A stretch of 64,000 bases of DNA from contig NC_057751.1 in assembly GCF_004010195.1 (NCBI RefSeq), forward strand, positions 11,522,578 through 11,586,577, given 5' to 3'. This stretch comes from Chiloscyllium plagiosum (taxonomy: Eukaryota). The number at the start of each line of letters is the position of its first letter. Position 1 is the stretch's first letter. This document shows positions 1-12,682 of this stretch, piece by piece. The notes under the pieces were generated by a model, which saw only the letters and a list, made by a program, of their open reading frames with translations, did no database searches and was not told where the DNA came from. The position numbers and the translations under genes were made by a program.

Positions 1-647
1 ATAAACCAGCAAGCAAAAGTGAAGCAGAATGTTTTGTTTTAAAAACAGATGAAGTTCAAGAGGAAATGGAGAGTACAATTCCTGCAGAAGGAAAGGAAAA
101 ATAAGAGTCACATGAAAAGGTTGATGAGGAGTGGTGAGAGAGACCTGGAGAAAGGTATCGCAGCTGGAGCTAAGTTGATTAATTTTGAAGGAAGTGAGAT
201 GGCAGTTACAAATAGGCATGAAATGAAGAATGAGTGCACAATAGGAACTATCTCTTCATTTATGCATTCATAGAGATGATGTAAACAATACATCCTCTTC
301 CAGCAAAGATACCCTAAATTAAATTATTAACTTTGACATCAAGGAGATGGAAGCCCAGGACAGACTAATTGTGCATGAAGCAAACAGCTCCCAAAGGACA
401 TGGTTGTTTAACCTCTCATGTTGGAAAGGATTTGTCAATTATTTACATTCATTATTAGGGATTCGGTCAATGCGAGGGAGATATCTGCAAATTATGAAGA
501 GCTGAATGTTCATGGACAGGGTGGCAAAATACACACGGGAATCCACAGGCCCATGAGTCTGCCTTCTAATGCATGTCAAATATTGCTGAAAAAGCATGTG
601 TCAAAGAGTTTTGTCTGTGCTACCTTATGACAACATGTAAAATAATT

Positions 648-773
648 TCCTGAAGAAGGGCTTATGCCCAAAACGTCGATCCTCCTGTTCCTTTGATGCT
701 GCCTGATCTGCTGCGCTCTTCCAGCAACACATTTTCAGCTCTGATCTCCAGAATCTGCAGTCTTCACTTTCTC
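648..773 (+). mobile_element. Short Penelope-like (pLTR-derived) retroposed element with minimal hammerhead core, family A
   Basis: Flanked by a perfect 14-bp direct repeat CATGTAAAATAATT (634-647, 774-787). Begins tcCTGAAGA-A-GGGC-TTAT-GCCC-AAAA-CGTC. Body closely matches the elements at 18805-19046, 52256-52464 and 58941-59098. Confidence 0.75.
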
Positions 774-1479
774 CATGTAAAATAATTGGCTAGGTTATCA
801 GAAGTAGATTTCAAAATGATCTCTAAGAATAACTTAGTTAACACCCATGAGAATTGATTCCAAAAATGGAAGATCTGACCGAATAAGCTTCTGAGATTTC
901 AGGAACTGAATCACTTCCTCCCTCCCACACAGCAACACTGCCACCTTCTGCCTTCATTTGCACATGCTCCTCTGAAGCACATGGGACATTTCATGATGCT
1001 AAAGGCATGCTGTAAAGGAAAGTTGTTGTGACAAGGCAAGTGTTTTTTTTGCTGTTCTTTAGTGGGATATGCGCTGTGCTGGCAAGATCAGCATTTGTGC
1101 CCATCCGTAATGGCCCTTGACCTGAGCGGGAGGCTAGGACCCTGTCACTGAGCATTTGAGAGTCAATTATATTGCTGCAAATCTGGAGTTAAAATATAGG
1201 CCAGATTGTGTAAGGATGTGTGTTGCCTTTTTGCAACCATTGAGGAGATTTTCAGGGCTCCGTTCCTGAGAAAAGGTCTCGCTTCCAGATATGTGCAAAG
1301 AAATTGAAATCCCACCACCTGCTCTGCAATGCAGTGAACAGGACCTGGGTCACTAGTCCAGGAATGTCACCAAAACATCAAGGGTTCTGCCCCGCCCTTC
1401 CCCTATCACAACAAAGTTTACAACATTGAGCTTAATTCAAGCTGAAGTTCTGAGGCTGGAGTAGATGATGGAGGAGTGG

Positions 1480-2030
1480 ATAATAAGCTGGTTGGAGGTG
1501 CGGCAAGTACCTGAAGCAGAATTGTTTTACAGTTGGGGCTTAGTTCCAATGGGTGAGTTGTGTGGTGCTGGGACCACTGCAGTTTCTATTTAAATAATGG
1601 AGCTCTGTTCAGAAACCTAAATCAAAGTGATCAAATATGCTAAAAAGTAGAAAGGTCTGTAGAACAAGGCATGCTGCATAGAAAGCACAAAATTAACTGG
1701 GCAAAATGTGGAGCATTGGCTTTCAATGCAGAGACGTCAAACTGAGATTGATGCGAAATCTATTCTGCCAATGCGAAGTAGCAATCTAAGAAATCAACAG
1801 GATGTTCAACTACATTGCGAAGACAGTGGAATATCAATGAGGAGATGTCATGGTCACATTGTCCAGTGCTCTTGTTAAGGTGCTAACTTGAATACTGGTT
1901 GCCATGATACCAGACATATGTATAAGCACTGGGAGTAGGACAGTGAAAGCTACAAGTTTGATCTCTGGGGTCAGGAGAGGCCTGACAACAATGGGCTGTT
2001 CAGCCTGGAGTAAGGCAAATAATGAATTAT
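1480..2030 (+). mobile_element. Old, highly decayed CR1-like LINE RT fragment
   Basis: Remnants resembling GS(V)LGP..F..YIND and W...FN..KC segments of the better-preserved CR1 copies in this window; no intact ORF. Confidence 0.4.
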
Positions 2031-2100
2031 AGCGACTTGAGGTTGTTTGTAGCATAGAAACGGTTAGCTTGGTAATCTACTGCGAAGTAGGTTGCAGCAA

Positions 2101-2292
2101 GTCTCTCTCTCTCTCTGTTCCTCCCTCTGCCTCTCTGTTCCTCCCTCTGTCTCTTTGTCTCTCTCCCTCTCTCCCTGTCTCTCTGTTTCTCCCTCACACT
2201 CGCTCGCCCCTGCGCGCCCTCCCCCACTCTGTTCGTGTCTCGCACTCTCACGCACACACTCGCTTGTTCGCGCGCGTATACACACACACACA
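2101..2292. repeat. Low-complexity (CT)n/(CA)n compound microsatellite
   Basis: Runs of ctctct... grading into cgcacacac...; this tract produces the overlapping spurious ORFs at 2027-2409. Confidence 0.9.
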
Positions 2293-3369
2293 TTTTTTGA
2301 AAGCGGTATCGGGATTCCTTTTTGCCAAGATTGGTTGACTGAGATTCCAAAGAGAGCAGTGGAGGCAAACACTGTGCAGCTAGTTAGGAAACATTTCTGT
2401 CCGTTGTGACTGGCAGCTGTAAGCTGGGCTGAACCTGGCTCCCTCTCCTATCATGTGGCTTACCTGCTGATTTGGGGAGCCCTGTGACAAGGTTGTTCCT
2501 TGAGCCCTTGCTGGTGCAGGCCTCTGTTGGGTCACTCAGGGCATTAGATGCCATAGTAATTGCAATTAATAAAACTTCCCAATTGTTACTCGATAAACAA
2601 TGGACACCCCTGCACGTCTAAGACATTCCTGCAGCATTCAGTGCATGTTTGATGCCTCTGTGTGTGCATCAACCTCATTTTTTGCCTCGCTAGTTATGAA
2701 CACTGGCTTTGTGCTAATTTGTTGGAGCATGGTTTGTGTCTCCACTCATTTGGTCGATGATTAATTGACCCAGTTTTTTTCTGTTTTACTTACCATCTGT
2801 GAATGCAGATTATCCTGTATTTACTGCAAAAGGCCAGCCACAGTACAAACAGTCTGTGTTTGCTTAGTTGAAACTCGTCTGTCTTCTGTTTTTGAAAAAT
2901 TAAACGATTGTATTCTTGAGATTAAAGGCAGCATTTGGAAGCAGATTGAGGAGGTCAGGGTCATGCTCAAATTGTTTCATCAACCAATGTGCTATCATTT
3001 CATTTTCTTCAGACGTTTGTCCTCCAGGACTTGCTGAACAATGAGATTAGCCACCTGATCTGGAAGTGTTGTTGGAACACTGGGTTTAGGAGTAGGACTC
3101 AGCTCTTCAGTCCTTTAAGCTCACTTGCCACTCAGCATTTGATTAATAATTGGGTACATCATAGTTGCTCTGCACTACCTCCTTTTTTTAAAAAAAAAAA
3201 ACTTTTTGAGCACTATCTGGCAACATGCCTTTGATAACACACTTACGTAGGCAACTTGAGAGGTGTGTCATGAGGTAGTGAGGTTTCTGAGCCAGTTTTG
3301 GCACCTGCCTTGAATGTTTACTTGACATTCCAAACTCTGAAGGGAAGTAGTGCATTGCTCAGATTTAGT

Positions 3370-4470
3370 ACAAGAGCAGTGGTCAGTGTCATCTACATGG
3401 ACTTTAGTAAAGCTTTTGACAAGGTTCTGCATGGTTGACTAATCGGGAAATCACATGGGATTTGGGGCGAGCTTGCCAGTTGGATACATAGTGGGCCTGA
3501 TGGTAGGAGACTGAAGGTGATGGTGGAGGTTGTTTTTTGGACAGGAGGCCTGTGACCAGTGGTGTTCCACAGGGATCAGTGCTGAGTCCACTTGGTTTGT
3601 CATTTAGGAGGCGTAGATGAAACCAATATTGATGGTAGCATTGACAGTGAAGGAGGTTATCTAAGAGTACAAATGGCTCTTGATCAATTGGGCCAATGGC
3701 CAGATGGAGTTTAATTTGGAAAAGTGTGAAGTATTGCATTTTGGCAAAACAATTAAGGACAGGACTCGGATGGTCGATGGGGCCTTGCATAGTGCTGTCA
3801 AATAGAGAGACCGAGGGGTTCAGGTCTTTAGTTCTTTGCAAGTTGCATTGCAGGTAGACAGGATGGTTAAGAAGGCGTTTAGCACACTTGCCTTCATGCT
3901 CGGACCATTGAATATAGGTGACATGTTGAGGTTACACAAGATGCTGGGGAGGCCACTTTTGAAATACTATGCACAGTTCTAGCCATGGAAACAATGGTAA
4001 GGATATTGTTAACTTGGAGAAGGTTCAGTAAAGATTTACTCGGATGTTACTGAGATTGGGGCTTGAGTTATACGGATAGGCTGGGACTTTTATCATGGGA
4101 CCATAGGACGTTGAGGGGTGACCTTCATAGCGATTTATAAAATAAAGCGAATAGTAAAGGTCTTTTCCATAGGGTGGGGGAGTTCAAAACTAGGGGACAT
4201 GTTTTAAGGTGAGAGGAGAAAGACTTAGAGACCTCAGATGCAACCTTTTCACACGGAGGTTGGTTCCGATGTGGAATGAACAGCCGCAGGAAGTGGTAGA
4301 TGCAGATACAGTTGCAACATATAAAAAACATTTGGACAGGTACATGAACAGCAAAGATTGAGAGGGATGTGAGCCAAATGCAGTTAATTGGAATTAGTTT
4401 AGTTTGGGAAACTTGGTCGGTGTGAATAAGTTGGACTGAAGGGTCTGTTTCTGTGCTGCATGACTCTATT
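3370..4470 (+). mobile_element. CR1 (HER1-like) LINE 3' fragment (RT end plus 3' UTR), decayed
   Basis: Contains gtcatctacatggacttt-agtaaagcttttgacaagg (IYMDFSKAFDK) and agtggtgttccacagggatcagtgctg (SGVPQGSVL), then the typical tail gggtctgtttctgtgctgcatgactcta. Confidence 0.85.
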
Positions 4471-4484
4471 AACTGACCAATAAC

Positions 4485-4970
4485 AGCTTGCATTTTTTAT
4501 CGTGCCTTCAGTGCAGTAAAAGATTGCAGAATGCTTCACACGAGTGTTATCAAACAAACTTGACACCTCACTACAGAAGAAGACCTGAGGCCAGGTGGCT
4601 TGAGAACTGAATGAGTTGGTTTTCAACAGTACAATAAAGGAAGAGAGAAAGGTTGAAGGAAGGAGTTGTACAGTTGAGTCCATGCCACAGAAAGCCTGGC
4701 TGCCTATAGCATATAAGGGACCAGTATCAAACTATTCCTCAAGGGCTGGAATACTTGACAGGGGTGTGGAGGGATCAGGTGGTCATGGGATTGGAAAAGA
4801 AGGATGAGAATTTGAGTGTGGGATTAGGAGCTAATACAGGTCATTGAGCATGGGAATGATGGGTGAAAGCGACTAGGTGACAGTTTGGATATGAGCAACA
4901 AAGATTTGGACAGAATCAAGTTTCTTGAGGGTGGGAGGGTTGCCAGGTACGCATTGCAATAGTCCAGGCT
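4485..4970 (-). mobile_element. L2-like LINE 3' fragment
   Basis: Begins with the reverse complement of an L2/SINE-type tail (agcttgcattttttatcgtgccttc). Similar decayed pieces recur near 10245-10440, 11395-11760, 16380-16950, 22330-22690, 35860-36290 and 45370-45670. Confidence 0.45.
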
Positions 4971-6497
4971 AGATGCTGTGAAAGCTGAGTGTTTTGTCAC
5001 ATATAGTATAAGGAAAACACACTTGGATAAGGTAGTTTTGCAATTTTTTGATACAAACCTCCATATTCAAGCACGAGAGAGAGGTTTTATCTCTTGACTG
5101 CTTATTTGCCGATTTACAAAACTTCTGTAGATCTTTCCGAATTCTCGTCAATTCAGGAACAGGAGTGAGCCATTCAGCTCCTCAAGCATGTTGTGCCATT
5201 CAGTGAGGTCATTGTTCATCTGGATTATCTGTTCCTGATCTTTAATGACCAATATATATCCATAATTACTGTTTGGAATCTGTGTCATACATTGAAGATC
5301 TGTTGTCATGGTGACTCTCACTTTTGGTTGTTACTTATATTATTTTTATCAGTCACTCTCCATGCATAGTGCGACTACCGTTTGATTGACAAGGTTAGAC
5401 ATCGGGGATTCCAAACTCCAAAAGTTCTAAACCAAGACTTTGCAATAAATTGGTGACTGAAGCTGTGTGTCACCACAGCCAAACTGGTCCTGTCAGACAG
5501 TGAAATTTCAGACAAGTCTTCAGTTAGAAATGATTTCTAATTTTCAATTTGGGTTTCTGAGTATCTCCTGTCATGCACATGTTCAAAAGTCATCTAGTTT
5601 CAGTCTGCAAAATGATAATGTTGGGAGGGGGCAATTTATTGCCATACAATTCACTGACTCTACAGCTAGGACAAAATAGTTTTTCTGATGAGTTCTCTCA
5701 CACATTTCAACACTGGGGCAACACAGAGATCCATGTTGTGTCGTTGTTAACTTAGTTTGGAAAAAAAAAAACAAAAACTCCTTTTTGTTTACAAGTACTT
5801 GTTCATTATTTCGGAACAAGTTTTCATTTTAAACAGGAATTTCAGCCTAGTTATCAGATTGCTCCCTGCTGTTTCAGTACAACTGGAGAGTTGTGTGATC
5901 AAGGAGAATTAACAAGGGTGGGTCATCAACCAAGTGGCATTAGTGAGAGACTGGAACAGGTCTACCATGAAGATCGTCAGCCAGCTAATAGCCTTGCATT
6001 GTAATGCATGGTATTTCCATGACAGAAACAGGCCATTCAGACCAATAGATCACTGCTAGTGTTTGCAAGAACATAAGAAGGAGGAGCTTTTCGTGATTCA
6101 TGCACAAAGACCCCTTCAGCTACCTGTGCTGCAGTTTTCCGCAATCGTTCCCCATTTAATCAATATTCAGGTCTTCTATTCTTCCTGCCAAAGTTTGTAA
6201 ACTCGAATTTCCTGAAGTTAAGTTACGTTCAATTATATGGCTCTGCAGCAGAGTCATCTCCAGTCTCCTGCTTTCACTTCCCCATCAAAGGCTATTCAGC
6301 CCATTATGGGTCTTTGAAAGAGGTGTCTGCTTCAGGTCCTTCCTCAATCCTCCAAGTTAATGTATGTCCAATTTTCCTTTGAAGGTTCCCTCCGAATCTG
6401 TTTTACATTCCAATCTCAGTGTTAGTGTGAAGCGATTTGGCGTAAATTTCCCTTTGGTTCTTCCACTCATTATTGCAAATTGATTTTACTAATTTCT

Positions 6498-6955
6498 TAG
6501 AATCCCTCCAGTGTGGGAACAGGCCCTTCGGCTCAATACCGACCCTCTGAACAGTATCCCACCCAATAGGCATTCCCTACCCTATTACTCTACGTGACCC
6601 CTGACTAATGCATCTAACCTACGCATCTCTAAACACTATAGGCAATTTAGATTAGATTAGATTATTTACAGTATGGAAACAAGCCCTTTGGCCCAACAAG
6701 TCCACTCCGACCCTTTGAAGAGTAACCCACCCAGACCCATTCCCCCTGACTAATGCACCTAACACTCCGGGCAATTCACTTGGCTAATTCACCTAACCTG
6801 CACACCTTTGGACTGTGGGAGGAAACTACAGCACCCGGAGGAAACCCACAGAGATGCGGGGAGAATGTGCAAACTCCACACAGACAGTCGCCCGAGGCAG
6901 GAATCGAACCCAATCCCTGGCGCTGTGAGACAGCAGTGCTCACCACTGAGCCACC
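6498..6955 (-). mobile_element. Two adjacent HE1-like tRNA-derived SINE copies (3' fragment 6498-6646, near-full copy 6647-6955)
   Basis: Reverse complement starts ggtggctcagtggtgagcactgctgtctcacagcgccaggg...ggttcgattcc (A and B boxes), has the central gtgtggagtttgcacattctcccc core and a (TCTAA)n tail. Confidence 0.85.
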
Positions 6956-7930
6956 AATCTATCTGTCTTCACACAGATTCAGCAGCTGTTTATTTTTCCA
7001 GCACAGCAATGGTATGTGTTACACTGACCTTTGAAAATGCAGGTCTATTGTCAGAATTGTTGGTAGGGGATGCCTTTCTCCATGTTAAATGTCATTGAGT
7101 TGAAGGGTTTTTCGGGAGCTGTGAAGAAAAACAGCGTTTCTTTACCTGGTGCAAAGGATTGGGTTTGCTTCACAAAGGAAACAACTGAAGGTTACGTTTT
7201 AAGGATCAGGAAATTGATTCCCTTCTGCCACCACCTTTTCCATTCCCAGTAGCAAAATGTAAAGTTCATCAGATAAATAACTGAACCAAAATCTGCACAT
7301 GTCGGAAGATGGTTAGCAGCTTCAAATGGCAAAAGATAGACAAGATCAGATTAAGCAGATGCAAACTAGAAGTATTTTTTTCCTATGAACAGAAGCATAG
7401 AGCAAGGCTTCATGAGGAACCCAGGTCTTGGTTCCATGTGATCTGGCAACACCATAATATATAGCACCTTAAGCATGTGCTCAGTTGTCACCTGTGAGAC
7501 TGTTGATAAAGTTACCCTTTCACTCCTCAGCACATGAATGTGGTCCTGCCTTCAACTCAGTCAGCATGAAGGGATGGTTTCTCTCGGAATTGCAATTACA
7601 GAATCGATCAATCTGTGTTTGTTTATGTGTGTGACATTGATCTGCACCGATCGGGAGGCTGGAACTGTGCTTGCATGCAATGAAATTCAAGTGTCCCTTT
7701 ATTTAACTTTTTTTTTCATTTCATGCAATTTCTATTTCTATTTCCCACTTCTTTAAAAGCTCACTGCTAGCATGCGCATTTGCTCCTTGAGTTTATTAAA
7801 GCAAAGTCAGGTAAAATGTTGTGTTTTTTGCAGGATGATGTGATTTGACTGTTCTCCTGTATTTTTTCCCCCTCTCTTTTTGTTTCTTTCTTTCTTTCTC
7901 TGTCTCTCTCCTCTCCCTCTCTCCATGAAG

Positions 7931-7991
7931 GAATGCTTGCCGAGTGAAGAAATATGAAAACCAATCTCTGGTGTTGGATGTTTGCGACCAG
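7931..7991 (+). CDS. TACC1: TACC1 internal coding exon (61 nt): xNACRVKKYENQSLVLDVCDQ
   Basis: Long polypyrimidine tract, then ccatgaag|G...CAG|gtaaat. Peptide resembles vertebrate TACC1 SGCKVKKHETQSLALDACSR. Phase 0 end joins 20641. Confidence 0.85.
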
Positions 7992-8309
7992 GTAAATTTT
8001 CTTTGTTTTTCAGTTGAAGAGGGTATCTCTAGTCTGGCGTCCCTGACAATGATGAGTAGAAACACCACAGAACGGCCTTGGTTATGAGTGATTCCCATCA
8101 CCTAATTCCCTACCTCCATAAGGTTCGGCTTATTAACAGACTCAATGTGCTCCTTCAGATGGTACCTGAGTCTTGAGGACTGCCAATCTGAGTTTTGTGT
8201 AGTAACTGTGTGAGCACACCTTCATTGCCAGCATTTTAAGCTTGGAATTTGTCCAAATATTGGTTGCATCAAGTGAGTGATGTCCAAACCGAGTAGCCAT
8301 CCCAGTGAA

Positions 8310-8680
8310 TAAAGCATGAGGAGGGCTGCGGGGGTAACCTTATTGACGTTTATAAAATCATGAGGGACATGGAGAAGGTGAATAGACAAGGACTTTCCCC
8401 AGGGTTGGGGGAGCCCAGAACTAGAAGGCATATATTTAAGGTGAAAGTGGAAACTTTTTTACACAGAGGATGGTGCACGTATGCCAGAGGACTGGTGGAA
8501 AAGAGTGCAATTACAACATTTAAAAGGCACCTAGATGGGTATTTGAACAGGAGGGGTTTAGAGGGATATGGGCCAAATGCTGGCTAATGGACGAGGTCAG
8601 AAAGGGGTGACTGGTCAGTGCTGATGAGTTGTACCAAAGGGTCTGTTTCCATGCTGCACGACTATATGACTCCATGTTTA
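8310..8680 (+). mobile_element. CR1 LINE 3' end fragment
   Basis: LRG.LI.VYKIMR..EKVNRQGL-like sequence followed by the CR1 3' UTR (acatttaaaaggcacctagatggg...gggtctgtttccatgctg). Confidence 0.8.
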
Positions 8681-9526
8681 GGTCATTGGCTTGTGAGGGT
8701 AGAAAGCATCTCTGTGACAAAGCAACTGATAGCATTGTAACCAAGAAGCTTTATTTGTTTTTATCACTGCTATGTTATTCACATGGATCAGATCAGTTTG
8801 CTTTCTAATGGGACCATTTTTCCAACCCTACTTATATACGTGCTGTTAATTGTCCATTGATCCTTTTAGTATGTGAATAGCAATATTATTTTGGCTGTTT
8901 GTTACGTTAGCAACCTCCCTGGGGTTGTTGCAGTATCAGAGACGAGGAGAGCTCTTGTGCTTGTCCGGCTGTATTGAGACAGTGTCAGTATTCTGCTGTC
9001 CATCATTAGCCGTGAAATTCCCAAAAAATACCACTTTGGACAAAGAGGCCAAGATACCAATTTTGTGCTACCAGTGAAGAGTTGCACATGAAGAGAGCAT
9101 AGATCAGAAGCAAGGGTACAGTATTTCCAATTGGTATGTTTGATTTGATCATTGGTATGTGAATGCACTGGATTCCGGCTTCCATATTTGGACTCAGGTT
9201 GGAAGGAAGCAGCTATTTCGATTGTTTTTACTCTGCTGAATCAGGCTCCGGCTAGAAGTACGAGGGAGAATTGAGTACATTATTGCTTCACTTTTGAGGG
9301 CTTTCTTCATTCCAAATTGATCCAAGATTCGTTCTATCAGGGACAGTGTGACGATGATTCATTAATCTTAGTGATGTACTGATCACAACAATGACACAGG
9401 TAGTGAATGCCCAGTAACATTGTATTGACACACACACACACCTCTGCTTGAACAGACTGCTCTTGTCAATTCAGCTGGAACCCCATAAGAACAGAGGGGG
9501 ATGAAATTGTAGTGTGTCACTGATGG

Positions 9527-9773
9527 AATAGAATCATAGAATCCCTACAGTATGGAAGCAGACAATTTGGCCCATTGATTCCACACTGACTCGCCAATGA
9601 CCCAGATCCTCCCCGTGCCGCCCACCCCCAGCCTCTAACAGACTTTCTCTCTAACCATGCATTTCCCATGGCTAACCCACCTAACCTACACATTGCTGGA
9701 TACTGTGGGCAATTTAAAGTGACCTATCCACCCAACATGCACATCTTTGGACTGTGAGAGGAAACCAGAGCAC
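9527..9773 (-). mobile_element. HE1-like SINE 3' fragment
   Basis: tagaatccctacagtatggaagcag...catgcacatctttggactgtgagaggaaaccagagcac matches the other SINE copies. Confidence 0.7.
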
Positions 9774-12224
9774 TGATTCTTTGTTCCTCTGTAACAACAT
9801 AATTAAAGAGCTTTCCAGAGGGTTAGTCCAGTATTGGGTCAACACCAACATTCCTAAAATGCATCAACAATTCCTTGTTAACTAGCTAGTTACTGCCTTT
9901 CTCCAACCACTTCCCAAGCTGCTGATTAAAGTATTCTAAGCAGCTGCAGTTACTCTGCAGCTTTGGCCTTCATTGAGGGGTTCGAAACTCCATGGCAGAA
10001 GAGAAACATTTCATGGCCTATTTTTGGGGTATTTATTACATGTTAGGACTAGCCCAGTCTTCCAAACCTTTATCGTTTCTGGGTTTTGTTGTCCAATCTT
10101 GACTGTTGTGTCACTTCATTTCCCACAATGATTGGTGTCGGACAGAGTGACTTATGCCTTTTGGCAGTTTTATTCTGTGTTTACCAAACACTGTGACAGT
10201 TAATGACGTTACTGGTGGTCTTGTTGAACTGCATAAACATGAACAACAAGTTGTATTTATTCAATACCTTTTATTGCAGCAAAATATCACATGAACATTA
10301 TCAGACAAAACAAATTGAGACTGAACCTGCAAACTGAAAACTGGGAGAGCTAACTGAAAGTTTGCTCAGAGTTTAGGCGGCATTGTAACGGAGGAGGTTT
10401 AAGTTGAGAATCTTACAGCCTCAGGCCAGGGCATTTAAAAGCTGGGCATTTTGGAAACTCTTCATCCATATCAAGGTGGGCATATTGTTTGTGTTATTGT
10501 TTATGTTTTTGTTTATGCTTTAAAATAAAAAAGTTGTATCAACCAAACGATACAAGCAAGCTCGACCTGACTGAGCAAACACTGACCAAGAGCATAGTGG
10601 GTTAGGTGTAGAGCCTTAGTCAAGTCAAAATGAAGGAAGAACTGATCATGAGATCCAGAGATGCCGGAGTTGAAAGGTGTCATCACAGACAGAAACAAGA
10701 TGCAGATTGAAGCTTCAAGTGAAATTCTGAACAGATGGAATGTACTTGATGCAGAAATCCATCTTCCTGACATCATCAGTTGAAAATGTTGCTCGGGAAC
10801 TGATTACTAACAGCATATTAGCAACTTGATTGATTTTTGGAAGTCATTTGCTGATGCCCATTGCAGACATATGGTCCTATTTGACAGTGCAGATAATCTC
10901 TCCTTATTTGGAGAATGAGCTTAAGTGGGATTGGGGGATAATTCATGACAACAGACATGCTGGAGAATTTCCACGCTGCTTACCTCTGCTGTAGTAAAGA
11001 TCAGTGACATGGACTGACCATTGGTTAGTCTCATGAGTGAAGACACTGTGTGGAGGAAAGGTGACTAAGTTGGCACTGCTGCAATACTGCTGAGTACACA
11101 GTGAGGTCTATTGTTTTGTTGTTAATTGAAAATAACATGCCCACGTAACAAGAAGTCTAGGGATAAATGAGTCATCAGAATATCCCAGCCACATTGAGAA
11201 GAACACCCTTTCAGCAGAGCAACTTTGACTGAAAGTACAGTTTGGTTTGGTGCCCCAGAATTTGGTTTCTATACCCTCTCCGGCCTTGTGTCTGTTAACC
11301 AATACCAATGGAAAGGTTTGTTGAGCATAATCTTTGAGGTTTGATGTTTCAAGTAGGAAAGACCTTCGTCCTTCTAACAATAATTTGAGTTTATCTGGGG
11401 CCTATACCAGAGAAAAATCCCCAAGGGTGCTTCCCAAGCAAGTTTTTGAACAGGATTTGACACTGCATCATTGAGGAGAGGTGGTGATTGGTGATCAGAT
11501 ATGTGGTCAAAGGAGGGAATGCCACCATCTAAAGTTGAGGCTGCTGAAAGCAGAAGTACCAATAGTAATGGACTGAAATCAGTCGGTTGAGGGAATGGTA
11601 CATAAAGGGTGAATATTTGAGGAATCTAATGATCTTTGAGAGTTGACAAAGGATTGGAGTACACGAGAGCTTTTGAACATGATGATCAGAAGTATAAAAC
11701 TGAATCATTGCTGGATTATACAAGATGGAGTGAGAATGAGAAAGATGACCATGAAAGGGAGGTGCAAGCACTTATCACTCATGATTCATCTGTGCACAAT
11801 GTTGTTTATTAACACTGCGTCAGTGTGCTTTTCCTAGACAGCAACTTCTCCTTCCTCAGAAACCCTGTAACCACCTGGCTATGACATTGAATTCACCAAT
11901 CCCACAGCCTAGAAGTAGATTGGAACTGAAACAGTCCCATTCCCCTGTTTGGAATACAGAACAGCTTAATGCGGCTTGGAGAATGGGATTGAGCTAATGT
12001 CAGCGAGTTGTTTTTATAATGTGGGGAATTTTGGTTTAATTCAACTGTACTTCGAATATCCTAAATGAGCACAATTGATTGCATCGAACAACCCTTAGTT
12101 TCTGTTAACCTTTCTCAATGGAAGGTTTTTTGAGCACAGACTTTGATGTCCAATCAGGCCTGGTGGAAGTGTTGAACTTAATCTGGGGATGAATTTTTGA
12201 ATCACCTTAAATGCAAGAATGCAA

Positions 12225-12682
12225 TCCCATGTATGAGGAGCAGTTGAACTGCTTGGGTTTATACACGCTGGAGTTCAGTGGAACGAGGAGGGGGGGTCTA
12301 ATTGAGGGATATAAAATACTAAAGAGGATTGATAAGGTGGACGTTGATCAGATGTTCCCCTTTGTGGGACAGTCCCTAACAAGAGGGCATGGATATAGAG
12401 TGAGAGGAGGAAGGTTCAAAATAGCTGAGGAGAAACTACTTCTCTGAAGGTTGTGTATTTGTGGGACTCAATGCAACAGAATGCAGTGGAGGCAGAATCA
12501 ATTAACAGATTCAAGAAAGAACTTGTTTTGTTTCTGATGAAAAGCAGGATAAAGTGTTCATGGGGAGCAGGCCGAAAAGTGAACTTGAGACCAATATGAA
12601 ATCAGCTGTGATCATGTTAACTGGTAGAGCGGGCTTGAAGGGCTGAATTGCCTACTCCCGCTACTAATTCCTATGTTCCTAA
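12225..12682 (+). mobile_element. CR1 LINE 3' end fragment
   Basis: ORF 12211-12447 reads YEEQLNCLGLYTLE..RRGGLIEGYKILKRIDKVD..MFP (CR1 ORF2 C-terminus); tail ends cctactcccgctactaattcctatgttcct. Confidence 0.8.

Noticed and set aside
2027..2409. Four overlapping 89-113 aa ORFs on both strands
   Set aside because: They are translations of a (CT)n/(CA)n microsatellite with no protein features; the same applies to 24102-24702.
10661..10783. Short ATG-initiated frame MPELKGVITDRNKMQIEASSEILNRWNVLDAEIHLPDIIS
   Set aside because: Only 40 codons, with no recognisable homology or supporting splice sites.
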